Notes: generated by a model from the sequence alone, not told the origin. A stretch of 64,000 bases of DNA from Vicugna vicugna (GCA_013265495.1 MU058718.1:3796081-3860080); one strand, 5' to 3'. Numbered from the stretch's first letter, positions 11,111-23,044 are shown. Numbers and translations: made by a program.

Positions 11111-13649
11111 GAACCCCTTCTGAACGTTACACTTATTATGTTGCGAGGTAATCGATAAGGCACAATGTAAGATTATCTATATCTTTTCTTAGCTATTGAA
11201 TTTGTACAGGGGACCTGTTTGTGAGCTGAAAACAGGAAGCCTGCTATTAATTTTGACATAAACCTTAAAACCACCCTGAGGATCAAGGTTACATATCAGA
11301 TAATCAATTCAATCTGGATTAAAAAAGAGGTGTGCACTACCTTCCTCAACTCTTCTTTTTAAAAACTCCCATCATAATGACCTGATAACTGATTCTGAAT
11401 GAGATACATGTTCTATTGCTCTCCAGAACAAAATAGAATTATCCTGTACTTTGAAAACACAGTTTTGGCCTCAACAGACACCTGATTCTTACTAGCAACA
11501 GAAAGAATACTTCAAAATTAACTATTTGAAAATCCAAATTGTAATTGTGGCCAATGCCTTCCAACATTTAATTGATTTATACTTACCAAACCTTTGGAGT
11601 GGTAAACTCAATCACATAAAGTTACATTTTGCAACTAATTTATGTTGGAAGATTCATCAGGAGATTATACTGCTTAAAGCTATACATTCTATACTAAAGT
11701 TATTGTCCTGATACTCTATTTTGTCACACTGAGGGGTTTTAATTAGCCATTCTGTCTTGGATAGTAAATTGTGAAACTCACCTATGTAGAGGTTAAAATT
11801 TTTTATGTCCCCCAATTTTTAAAAATTCAGTCTTAGCTAAATTGAAACCAGAGGCCTCAGATTATAACTAGCATTTTAGTAAAGAAGTTTGAAAGAAGGG
11901 GAAAACACTATAAAGCATAGAGTGAACCATATAGATAAAAGTAAAGCATTATGTAGATAAAAGTAACGCATGGAAGATATTTACATGTCAGATATTATAA
12001 GACACAAAGAATATATGACAATCAGGTTGAGATGAAGAGCCTATCAAGCCATATTTATTCTTATTCAATACCCTGGCATTATAAATTTGGGCAGTTTTTA
12101 AGAAACTCTTCTGTTACCTATAATTTTTATTGTGTAACCTTCAACCTTGAAATCATGTGCTTAATAGTTTAGAAGGTTAAATTAAATTCACACACTGGAT
12201 GTTTATTTTATAGAAACTAAATTTGAATTTTATACTAATCATGTAATATTTAACCCACAAGCTATGACTTCACCGACCTTGTTAAAATTAACTTAACAAG
12301 TTATTTAAAAATTCTAAAGATTCTTTTAGAGTTAGCATAAAGCAGATGTTTTTTCTTTGCATCAATTGTGGTAAAGGAAAATAATGATTATGGCAGACAC
12401 ATTCTTAACCACCACATAGAATCTGGACATTTTCCATGCTATCCACCCCTGGGTTGATGGTCAAAGCATATGGATCTGCCACTACTGGCAACATAAAATG
12501 TCTGCACTCCATGGTCTTGTTGAAGCCTATGACCTCAAACATTTTATTGCCTAATTAACATCAAACATTGTATTTCAAGAATAACATGTTTGAAGAATTA
12601 TCAGAAAGATTTTATCCTTGTTTGAAGATAGGAATTAGGAGTTTCTACTCTATGAAGGCTCATGAGGTAAGTTTTTCTAAAGTCTCAATATCAGGAAAAG
12701 ATGTGCCTCTCTCGAGCAGTAAGTTCATTGTGATCTCAAAACCACGATAAAACCTTCTGCTTTGGGCAATTCTGATATCCTATTTTTCCTCTCTTTAACA
12801 TCATATCTATTTCCTCACTTACTAATTTTTTATCTTATAGTGTAGTATACATTATCTGTATGCTGCCTCAAATTCTCTGAGGAATAATGCAAGTATAAAT
12901 AAGTAAGAACAAATAAATTTCAGACTAGAAAAGGGACCAATGTTTATAGGGTCAAAGGGAAAAAAAAGAATCTATGACAGTGAGCAAGTACTAGGATACC
13001 AATAGAACATTTGAAAAGATTTTGAGTCATTGAAGCCAAAAGTATTTGCCCACCAAAACAAGTGCCAAGAAGCTTTGAAAGAAGGAACTGTTCTTCAACA
13101 ATTTTTTCAATGCAGCAAACACATAGGCTTTGTCCATAGAGCATGTAAGTCTGAGCTTACTTATCTTCCCTAAATAAGTGCCCTTTGTGCATGGAGCACA
13201 AGAAAATACACATATTCCCTGTCCTGTTAAGGTGTGAATTTAATTTCTACAATATACAACTAGTTACAACGATCAACAAGGAGCATATTGCCCAAAAATG
13301 GAATTGAGTGATCACACAAAAATGGAATGGAATGGAATTGGATGATCACAGCCACAAGCCAACATACGCAACTTGCCTTTTGTGATTTCTCAGTCACTAA
13401 AAGCATTGGCCAAGTGTTAGCTGGCTTTTTTGTTCAAAACCTTCCCTGCACTCTAGAAATAACTTTGCCAGTCTACATAAATCTGGCAACCTTATTTCTA
13501 CCTTCAGAATAAGACTGGAATTGAAACTACAAAACAGCTTGTGAAATATCAGCCAAATTACTTCCCTAAACTCCTGTTCCATATTCTGTGCACTGTGAAG
13601 TATTTTAAAACCTTTTATATCTGATAACCCTCTTTATAATCCTGTAACA

Positions 13650-13795
13650 TGCTTTGTAAACACTTTCTTGGGCAAAACCTTACCCTCTTCAATCTGCAGA
13701 TAAGGATATGGAGATGTTGCCAAATAGGATGTCTTGCCCCAGATCACATACTGAGGAAGTGGCAGAGCCAGAACCAGGTTGTGGTCCCTGACTTT
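13650..13795 (-). mobile_element. MIR SINE fragment
   Basis: MIR core-like: cagataaggatatggagatg...cttgccccagatcacata...aagtggcagagccagaa. Confidence 0.6.
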
Positions 13796-14539
13796 GTTTC
13801 AGCTTCTGTAGAACTCCTGACTCAATTAAAGGAGCAATATGAGCGCTGAGACACCTAGTGTGCCCCTACAGGGATAAAGGCCATCGAGACTTCCTAGGAA
13901 TTCAGACTTACAGAAACATCTTGCGGAAACTCAGTATCAGACAGGTTGCGCAGGTGTGCAGTGCAGCCTCAAACTGGTACCACTGGGAATGGTTTGCAAA
14001 ACAGGAAGGTGCAGTAGGGTGTGCCGCGGCTTAGTTAACCTGGCACTTCCCCACCTCCTTCCCTGGCGCCCCACTGCCAGGTTACTTCTGGCCCAGAGCC
14101 CTCAACGTGCCTTTTCTGAACTGAGAAGGCTGCGTTCCCACTGCTCTCGTGCCCACCCTTCTCCCTCTCTACCCGTCACCCTCCAAGTTTACCTGACACA
14201 GCTGGGGGCGGTTTAGCGGAGGCGCATCGGCCCTCGAATATCCGGGGGGAGGAGTAGGGGGCGTCCCTAAGCCCTGAGAATAGGGAGTTGGGCCTGGGTC
14301 CCCCCCGGAAAGGACGCGCCGGGCCCGGGGGCGCAGCGGCCCGGCCGGGAGAGTGTCGTGTCCCGAGCAGGCCTCAGGGCGGCACTCTGGTCCCGCGGCC
14401 GGAGCGCTCGGGCGGGCCGCTGGGCGCCGACCCACGCTGGCCGGGAACGTGTCTCCCGGTGACGCAGCCCCGGGTGGGGAACGTGGTGCGGCGGCGGCGG
14501 CGACGGTACGCGCCTCCGCCGCCCGCGAGAGGACGTGCG

Positions 14540-14668
14540 GTGCAGAGGGAGGAGGCGGCGGCGGCGCCAGACCCCGAGTGGCCGGCGGGCGCCGGGAAGT
14601 AGGAGGCGCCGGCGAGGAAGTAGGTCCCGGGCGCGGCGCTCAACAAAGAGTGGGGCCGCCCCCCTCAG
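14540..14668 (+). other. MAP4K5: MAP4K5 non-coding exon 1 (start approximate)
   Basis: Donor CAG|gtaccg at 14668/14669 inside the CpG island, followed by an acceptor at 14875/14876. The TSS cannot be determined from sequence. Confidence 0.6.
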
Positions 14669-14875
14669 GTACCGAGCCGGCCCCAGGGCCCTGGCGGGCG
14701 GGCAGAGCGGGCCGGGCAGTTCGCGGGCGGCCGGGGAGGGGGAAGGGCCGCGGCCGGAACGCCGCGGCGGGGCGTCCGGGACCCTTCCAGGCCCGCCGGT
14801 CCGCGGTCCCCGGTGTGGCGGAAAGGACGGGGCTGGGCCGTTCGTGGTTGTAGCCTCTGCTCGTCCCTCGTGCAG

Positions 14876-14984
14876 GCGGAGCTGCAGGCAGAGGCTCCAT
14901 GTTGGGAAGCGGCGCCGCTGGTCCTCGTTAGCGGGAATCGGGGCGCCGCGGCCAGAGGCGGCGGGGGCCGGGCCTTGAGCGAAG
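14876..14984 (+). other. MAP4K5: MAP4K5 exon 2, 5' UTR part
   Basis: Pyrimidine-rich cctctgctcgtccctcgtgcag|gcggag acceptor; a second possible acceptor (ctgcag|gcagag) lies 12 nt downstream. Confidence 0.7.
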
Positions 14985-15092
14985 ATGGAGGCCCCTCTGC
15001 GGCCTGCCGCGGACATCCTGAGGCGGAACCCGCAGCAGGACTACGAGCTCGTTCAGAGGGTCGGCAGCGGCACCTACGGGGACGTCTATAAG
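14985..15092 (+). CDS. MAP4K5: MAP4K5 (KHS1/GCKR) first coding exon, 108 nt
   Basis: [36 protein letters not shown] with the Gly-rich loop GSGTYG; Kozak aagATGG; donor AAG|gtgagg, phase 0. Confidence 0.97.
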
Positions 15093-15300
15093 GTGAGGCC
15101 GGCTGGGCTCTTTTCCTGCGGCCGCTGGTTCCCGGGAATTGGGCCACTTTCTGGGGAAGCACGAGGAGGGGGAGGATGCTTTTATTGTTGCATCTTGGAG
15201 ATGCAGCTGCCGGGTCCCGTTTATTCTCCTGTATTCATGGCTTGTTGTAGTCGCGACTAACAAGCAAAACTATGCACACCTTTGCAAACCACTTTTGGGT

Positions 15301-15487
15301 GTGTGTGTGTGTGTAAGGCTTTTTAAAGCTTATTTATGGTATGTAGTGTGTGTGTGTGTAAGGCTTTTTAAAGCTTATTTATGGTATGTAGTGTGTGTGT
15401 GTGTAAGGCTTTTTAAAGCTTATTTATGGTATGTAGTTTGTGTGTGTATGTGTGGTGTAAAGGCTTTTTAAAGCTTATTTATGGTAT
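15301..15487. repeat. 45-bp minisatellite, about 4 copies
   Basis: Unit gtgtgtgtgtgtgtaaggctttttaaagcttatttatggtatgta is identical at 15301, 15346 and 15391; a diverged fourth copy starts at 15436. Confidence 0.97.
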
Positions 15488-17199
15488 CCAAGAGAATTCG
15501 AATCTGCTTATGGAGTTGTGCTTGAGGTTGTTCTTGTCTTGGCGTGGAAAAAATGCTTCCTGGAAGCAAGAAATATCGACATTCCAACACTGCATAAAAA
15601 AAGTTTTTGATGGATAAGCCTGGTTTAAAAAGTCCTGTGAAATCCAGCCTCTCAGTTTTAACCGTGAGCAGTCCAATACTGGGTCACAGTGAAGTGTACA
15701 CAAACATCCTATGTAGAACGATGCTTTTCCTGGCAGAAGTTTCATCGTTTGTATCTGGTTGATGATTTCTTTTTCTACTTTAACAATTTCTCTCCCTGGG
15801 ATTCATAACATCCCAAGACCAAGAGTAGTTAAGAGCTGCTGTCTTTTTAATTGTGCTCTTTTGCTTTATTTGAGACAAACGGGAAGAGGGGATGAATTAC
15901 TATTAATTTGAAATTTAAAAGGCATCATAGAGAAGCAAACCCAGTTCCCTAAAGTCCACTGAGTTCTTGAAGGATCAAGAGGAAAGAGATTGTTTCAGAT
16001 TGCCTTATGCTTTTTGTTCTCTGTTCCAAAAAGAGAGCATTAATGCAATTCATATGGGTGTATTAAGGGAATTTCCTTTGATTTTGAAACAGCTTTGTTT
16101 ATTGGATTTAATCATGTTATGTATCCCATTATTCCAAACAGCACTTGTGCATATACCTGAAATGGCCTTGTGTCACACGAGTATTTAACCAGTAGACTCC
16201 TTTGGGGAATGTTGTTTTGCACAGGTTGGTAATATGGAAGGAAAACATCCCTTCTTCCTAACTTCTCTGTTTTTGCTTAATATCCTCCCTATTAATAGTA
16301 ACAGTTCAAGGTTGTGTTATGACAGCTCTAGCACTGTTTGATTCTATTGAGATGGATGGTAATGGGTAGGCTTTTTATTCTTTAAACAGGCTTTTGAATC
16401 TTCGGTACTAGGCACTATTCTAGTATGGGATGTTGAATTGTAAGGAAAGTTCCAGCTTTTGCCCTGTGAATACCTTTTAATTCAAAGTAGATAATTATAG
16501 AATCCTCTTTTTTTATAGACTTAGACGTAGTTAACTCTTAATTGTTTATCCATGGATAAGCCATTTTGTGGAATGCTCTTTAAAAAGCTGGAATTCCTAT
16601 TTGCTTTCTCAGTCCCACTTTATAGTCATCTTTGTCTTATGATTCACTACGTATTAGATCAGTCCAGCTCAGTTCATGTTAATAGTACAATAATCTGAAT
16701 TCCAGTTCTTATATATTTTCTCTTCTCCCTATTACAAGAAAAAGTGTTTTCCCCACAAAAATCTCAAGACCTCCACCTTTTTTCTTTATAAGTATCACAA
16801 ACAAAGGGAATATCTGGAGCAGGACTTTATCCTTGCCAGGGAAAGCAAGCAAAGGATTATATTAAAGGGGCAGCTAACACTTACCTTTTGTGCTGGTGCC
16901 TCTCTGCCCTATCTCTCTCTTCCACAGCTCCTAAACAGAGGATGGAAGGCTGATTATTTATCATACACCACCTTTACCCTTCATGATCCCCTTCCCTCAT
17001 GTTCATGCTTCCTCTCATTTATGTGTATACCATTCCACACCAAGCCAGCCTCTGATTCTTAAACATCCTCAAAACCGTGGTTCCTTGTCTTTTGTTTCCC
17101 TTTGTTCTTATTACCTAGAATCACCTCCCACCTTCGTTTCCAACTGTTACTATCCTACCTGTCCAGGAAAGCCTTACTGAAATACTCCTCTGGGAGGCC

Positions 17200-17632
17200 C
17201 CAGCCCCTCCCCCTGTTCTCTCCAACCACCTTGATTACTCTTCCCCTTCTAGCCCCACTGGCCTTCTTGCTTTTCCTAGAACATAATCTGCATCTTCCTA
17301 CCTTTGGGCCTTTGATATGGCTGTTCCTTCTGCTCAGAATGTTTTCCCTCAGACAGCCACGTGGCTTGCTCCCTTCCCTCCTTGCTTGTTGTGTCCTCTC
17401 AAATCTTTTTTTCCTACTTCTTTTTTCTTAGCACTTACCACCATCTAATGTAATGTTTTACTTATTTTTGTCTCATTTATTGTCTATCTCAATCCACTAA
17501 CATACTCCCTGAGGGCAGGAGTTTTATCTGTTTTGTTCAGTGCTCTAACTCTAATAGTACCTAGAATTATGCCTGGCACAGAATAAGTACTTCCTGAAAA
17601 TTTGATGATGAATGAATGAATGAATGAATGAA
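17200..17632 (+). mobile_element. L2 3' end with (TGAA)n tail
   Basis: ctccctgagggcagga...gtacctagaattatgcctggcacagaataagtac...gaatgaatgaatgaatgaatgaa. Confidence 0.85.
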
Positions 17633-19299
17633 TATCAGTAATGTCCCCTAGTTCTCCAGGCATATGCTTTTGATATCACAACACTAAGCTTTTAATACTC
17701 TATGTTCTTGTAATGCCTATTATGATATCATGCATATGTATGTTTCCTATAAATGTCAATTATTGTTCTCTAGGAAAAATATTTCTGGAAAACTATATCA
17801 TAGCATATCCATTTTCAGCACACTAAGTCCCACAGAATTTTGTCAGTTTATATTTGCTCCTTAATATGCCTAAAAACATGTAACATTCAGATTGTAGTGT
17901 TGAAGAGCACTTAATTTTGTTTTTTATCACTGTGTTTTGGATGAGCTGAAAATCTTAGAAAGTTTTAGAAGAATTTCAATCTGTGATGTAAACTAGCAAA
18001 ATAATTACAGTGAAGAATAATGAACGTAAATTAATTCCTGCTCTAGTCAGATATTATCTCTACTTTTCTTTTTTAATCTTATGGAGCCAGAGCTTTAAAA
18101 ATACCACAACTTTGAGATATTTTGTGAATTTATTTTTATGTTCTTCAAAAACACAGTTCCCCTCTGAAGCTCCTGTCTTTTCTGAGAATTCCCAAGAAAG
18201 GAGAGCTCAATCTTAAACTGGCTATTTCTTGGTTGAAAGAAGAATACTATACAGATTCTTTTAGATAAATGGGGTAAATCACAGGGTGAGAGCAGGAAAT
18301 AGTGGAGGGGAAAGAAACACAAAGGAGAAAAGAAACATGGTGGAAAGTAGATGAAGAATTAAATTTCAGCTGAGCAAATTTTATTTATAATTACCATTAA
18401 TTTTTAGATCTGCTAACAGGAAAAGGAAGTCTGGAGATCTAATGTCTCTACTACCTCTGTCCATAGTATTCTAGACTGTTGTCGTGTCACGATGCAGTTC
18501 ACAGCAGCACAAGCCACTTAGGCAGTCTTCATCCAAATATTTGTGTAAAATTGTTCCCAGGCTACATTCCAGAGAAGTTTTAGTAATCTTTTTCAGTCTT
18601 TGTGGGATATAAATTTAGAGTGGGCAATCTCATGTATTTTTTTGTAACCTGTATTGCTTTTTCTGATTGATTATAAAAATGTGACATGTTCAGCTCCAGG
18701 AGGACAAGAAGAGCTGTCTCCTTTTCATCACAGTACAATAGCAGACAGATAGGTGCTCAATATATATTTGTTGAATGATATTGTAGAAAATTATCCAGAG
18801 ATAAATACTGTTAATAATTTAATATGGTTTATTTCAGGCATTTTTCCTAAATGTTTTTAAACCAGTATGTTTTTAAACATGGCTTTTATAAAACTGAGAT
18901 CATGATGTAGCTCTTTTTCCTATTTGATTGGAATGGCAGCATTTTCCCTGGTCTTTAAATAGTCTTCAAAAATACCATTATTAAAGGATCCATTGAACAA
19001 ACTGTAATTTAGTTAATCATTCTAAGTTTCGTATTTGTTGTTTCCAATTTTTTTTTTCAGTTTTAAATAATGTTATAATTTGTATAGAAACCTTTGTCAC
19101 ATTGTCTTATCACTTCTGTGGATTCTCTGGGTGCTGGACGAACTGGGTCCACTGTATTGAATCCCTCTTTTATCTATGCCTTACTTTTCTGTCCTCCAAG
19201 CCAGAAGTCACAATTCTGGACTGGCTTTAGATACTATAAAGTTTACCCCAGGAACCCATAGTATAGAGTCAAAGCTTGATACATCACACTTATGTAAAC

Positions 19300-20400
19300 A
19301 TCATTTACTCAGGAAATACTTATTGAGTGCCAACTGTATGATAGGGTATGGGGACGCAAACACAAGAAAGAGAAAGTACACTATCAACAAGAAATGTATA
19401 ATTCAGTCAGGAAAACAGGCATGTAAACAGTCATAATTTGCTAAGTGCTGGAATAGAAGTGAAGTGGAAGAAATGCCCAACTCTGTTTTTTGTGGGAACA
19501 GGGAAAGGGAGAGGAGGAGAGAGAACTATGATGTGAACCAGGAAAAATTAGAAGAGGAGGGGACATTTAATGAGATTTTAAAAGAACACGGGGTGATTTC
19601 CAGTTGGACAAGATGGGAAAGATATTGCAGGCTGTAGGAATAGTTGTGTGCAAACATCTGGTGGCTTGAGAAACTATGAGTCTTGAGGGATCTGCATCTG
19701 CTTTCTAAGTTTGATGTGACTAAACCTGGTAGAGATTCCAAAGATGGAGGACACAAGCTTCATTTTGGCAGAAAAGGACCAAATAATGGACCTTGTAGGT
19801 CATATCAAAGAATTTGGACTTCTTCCTGTAAACTGAAAAAACACTTTAAGAAGGAATCTCTCATGGTAGAGAGGATGGATTAGATGTAGTTTCTGAAAGT
19901 ATAGAGATCAGATACTGAATAATCCAGATGAGAGTTTATGTAAGCCTAAATTTAGGCACTGATGTTAGAGGTGAAAGGAGGTGAAGGATTTGAGTCATGT
20001 TTAGAAGATGATCATAATTACTTGGTGATCAGTGAGGGAAAAACAGGTTGTCAGTAGCATTTAGAATTTCTGGCGTGGGTGACTACATTGGTGCCATCAA
20101 CAGATTAGGAAATACCAAGTTTATGGTGTCCAGATCTTGTGTTTGGTTTTGGAAGTATGATAGTGCATAGGTGGTTATGTCTAACAGATGGTAGGAGATA
20201 CAGCTTTGGCCTTGAGAGAGCTGGTCTGGGGATACAGGTTGGGGACTCATCACTTTATGGGGTGATACCTGTGAACTATGGATGAGGTCACCCAGGAGAG
20301 TACATTTGTAGGCAAACTGAGGAAAGGCAGTAGTTTTATAGTACTAACAGGACAATGATATATTGAAGGTGTTTGAGAAGAAACAAAAAGGTATGAGGAA
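19300..20400 (-). mobile_element. L2 fragment
   Basis: Starts catttactcaggaaatacttattgagtgccaactgtatg (reverse L2 3' end); purine-rich L2-like body. Confidence 0.7.
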
Positions 20401-20549
20401 GTTCCTTCTGTAGAAATCAAGAGTTTCGAGAGCTCATCTCTATCATTTCCTGCATCCATTTTTTTCCTTCTACTCTAACTGCAGTGAGGAAAATGTTCTT
20501 ATCTTTCCAAAAATACAAATCCAAAGTTTTGTGTCATTCTCATTTATTC

Positions 20550-20970
20550 TTCTTGTCTATAGAATAAAGTCTTAGAATAATATGCCTTTTAAGGCCCTGC
20601 AGATCCTAACACTAGCCATCCTGAATTCCTTCAGTTCTTTATATGTGCTCTCTGTCCTTTACATTTTTGCAGGTACTATTTCCTTTTCCAAGAGCACTCT
20701 TCCTCTTTCATCTATCGTCTCCTCTTTGCATTTCTGTTTAAACATTGTGTTTTCAGGGAGGCCTTTTCTGTCCCTTAGATAAGGTCATATCTGTTTGCTG
20801 TTTGACTTCTTACATGATGCTTATCACTTGTCACTCATCATTGTTGCAGTCAGTGTTCCTCCTTTGCTCAGACTGCAAGACCAGGAACTTGTGTTTACCA
20901 CTAAATCAACTAGCTTAGCATAGTGCCTAGCACGTAGTAAGTGTTCAATGAAAATGTTTTGTAGGAATGA
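20550..20970 (+). mobile_element. L2 3' fragment
   Basis: agcatagtgcctagcacgtagtaagtgttcaatgaaaatgttt. Confidence 0.65.
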
Positions 20971-21519
20971 GCAACATAGTGGTCATGTAAGTAAGGAGTC
21001 AAAAGGGTTTGTTAAGAGCTAAAGAATTTAGGTGTGAATGATCAATAAGGAAATGGGGGAATGTAGACCACTTTTTGAAGCAGCTTAACTATGAAGAGAA
21101 AAAGAAATGAGACACAGATGTTTCTTCCACTGTTTCTGACTTTTTCTTTCAGTGAGAATGATTATAATTTTTCAGTTATTATTCTTTAAAGTTGACTTAT
21201 AACCCAGACCAGAAGTGTTGCTGAGTGTAGAGAAGGAATTCCACAGAGAAGGAATTCAAGACAAAGAATTTGGGAGGAATTGAAAATTTAGAAAGATTAA
21301 ATGCAAAAATTTAGGTTAGATTATTAGGGACCAAACTAGGTAATAAACTGAAAACCTCCCCCCCTCCCTTTCCTCATCCTTCATCTTTCCCTCTCTTCTC
21401 TGAAATAGAACCTCCATTGATTTCCAGTCCCAGTTGTTCCCCTGTGAGTATGGTTAGGATGAGGCACGTTAATGGATGGGGAGCTGGGATGGAGCTGGGG
21501 GATGATAGGGTGGAAAGAA

Positions 21520-21865
21520 GTATTCAACCAATACTTATAGAGGGCCTCTTCTGTGCCAAGCACTGTTCTGGGGTCTTGGAATACACCAGTAAACAAAGTA
21601 GACAAAGATTCTTGCCTTCATGGAACTTACATTCTTGAGGGAATAAACCACAAACGTAATAAGTAAGGTGTATGATATGTTAGAAGGTGATTAAAGATAT
21701 AGAAAGAAGAAAAAACTGAACCAGTTAAGGAGTTCAGGATGGCCAGGATGGGATGGGGAAGGTTGAGGAATTACATTAGGATAGACAGGGTATTAGGCCT
21801 CAAGTAGATTTCAGCAAAGACTTGAAGCCAGTGAGGAGTTCGCCAAGCGGATATCTGGGTAATGA
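21520..21865 (-). mobile_element. L2 3' fragment
   Basis: tattcaaccaatacttatagagggcctcttctgtgccaagcactgttctgggg...ccttcatggaacttacattct. Confidence 0.75.
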
Positions 21866-23044
21866 GAGGAAATCTTAAATATCTCTCTGTCTTACTGAAT
21901 CACCTGAACCCATCTCTATAGCTGAATTGTAAACTTCAGGTTAAGAATTAGAACTGAGGTACAGTTATTGCAGTCATCACATCTCATTGGCTGGTGCAGG
22001 AGTATAAGTCATTGTGATTTTAATTAAGTTAAATTCAGCAGTTGTATGTAAGTACCATTTCTTTGTCATTTTTTAATAGCATGGTTTTGCGAAAAAAAGC
22101 TGCTTCTACTATATCGTTCTCCACCAGGGTTCTCTAATGTTTAAATGCTAATAAAATAGACATGCCTAATGGCCACATATCTGAAGGTGATAGATGGAGG
22201 ATGGAAGTTTATTTTGCTTGTTACTTCTCTGACACTTGGTATCAAAACCTCATCTACTTTTTTTCCTTCTTTTTTTTTGATAGTAACACAATTTGTGTGA
22301 ATGTATACTATCCTTTCTGTGTCCTGGTAGTCTGACATGAGAGACTATTGGGTTATCATGTTAGAGTGAGAGAGTGAATAACTTGCCAGCATAGGTTAAG
22401 GGCAGGAAATAAGAATCCTATTTAAAATTACATTTTTTATTAAGCTAGTGAGTATCTTACTAAAGTTAGTTAATTAGATGTTATGTTAAATACTGTGCAA
22501 GTTTACTGTGAAAATAAAACGTTTTATTAGGGTGAAGTGTACTGTTACAGATGTTTACTGTTTTATAAGTCATCTTGTTAAATTCTTACTTTGTATTTAT
22601 TTTTCTTACTGTGTAGAAGTAGGCTTATGTTATGACTGCCTAAAAAAAGAAGATGGTTCTGATGGTAGGTTTGAAGCTCTGGGTCATGGTTAGAGGCAAA
22701 TTATTTTAAAACTCCTTTCTACTTTCATAGAAATGTTGCAAAAACTATGAAAGAAGTTTTTAAAATACTTTTAACTTTGTGAAAATAGACATAAAACAAT
22801 GTTATAACTGGTGCAAGTATATAAATTCTAGTTCCAAAATTGACTTTTAGGTACAACCTCTGCCTTAGGCTTATAATGCATCTAGTATTCTTGTTATTTT
22901 TATTTTCATAGGCTCAGCATTTTTACTTTAACAATCATTTCCAGTGTTTTTGATGAGGACAAATGGAGTAGAATGCAGATTGACTTTGACTTCTTATTTT
23001 AGTTTTCCTTTCAGAATTTATAAAAGTTTCACCCCAACCTTCAT

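Larger units (their letters stand above)
14200..15170. promoter_or_regulatory. CpG island, MAP4K5 promoter (probably bidirectional)
   Basis: Extremely GC/CpG-rich with GGC runs, two ETS-like GGAAGT sites (14595-14600, 14616-14621) and YY1-like CCATNTT motifs (14897-14903 plus strand; 14982-14988 minus strand). Confidence 0.92.

Noticed and set aside
11932..11971. Short direct repeat tagataaaagtaa(a/c)gcat x2 (similar: agagaaggaattc x2 at ~21229-21257)
   Set aside because: Ordinary local slippage duplications with no sign of function.
14169..15263. Stack of long Arg/Pro/Gly/Ala-rich ORFs (up to 249 aa) on both strands
   Set aside because: Typical CpG-island artefact; only 14985-15092 matches a known protein.
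15139..15471. ORF with repeated VCVCVRLFKAYLWYV, and the CRISPR-like look of the repeats
   Set aside because: Translation of a 45-bp tandem repeat; there are no unique spacers or cas genes and the context is a eukaryotic intron.
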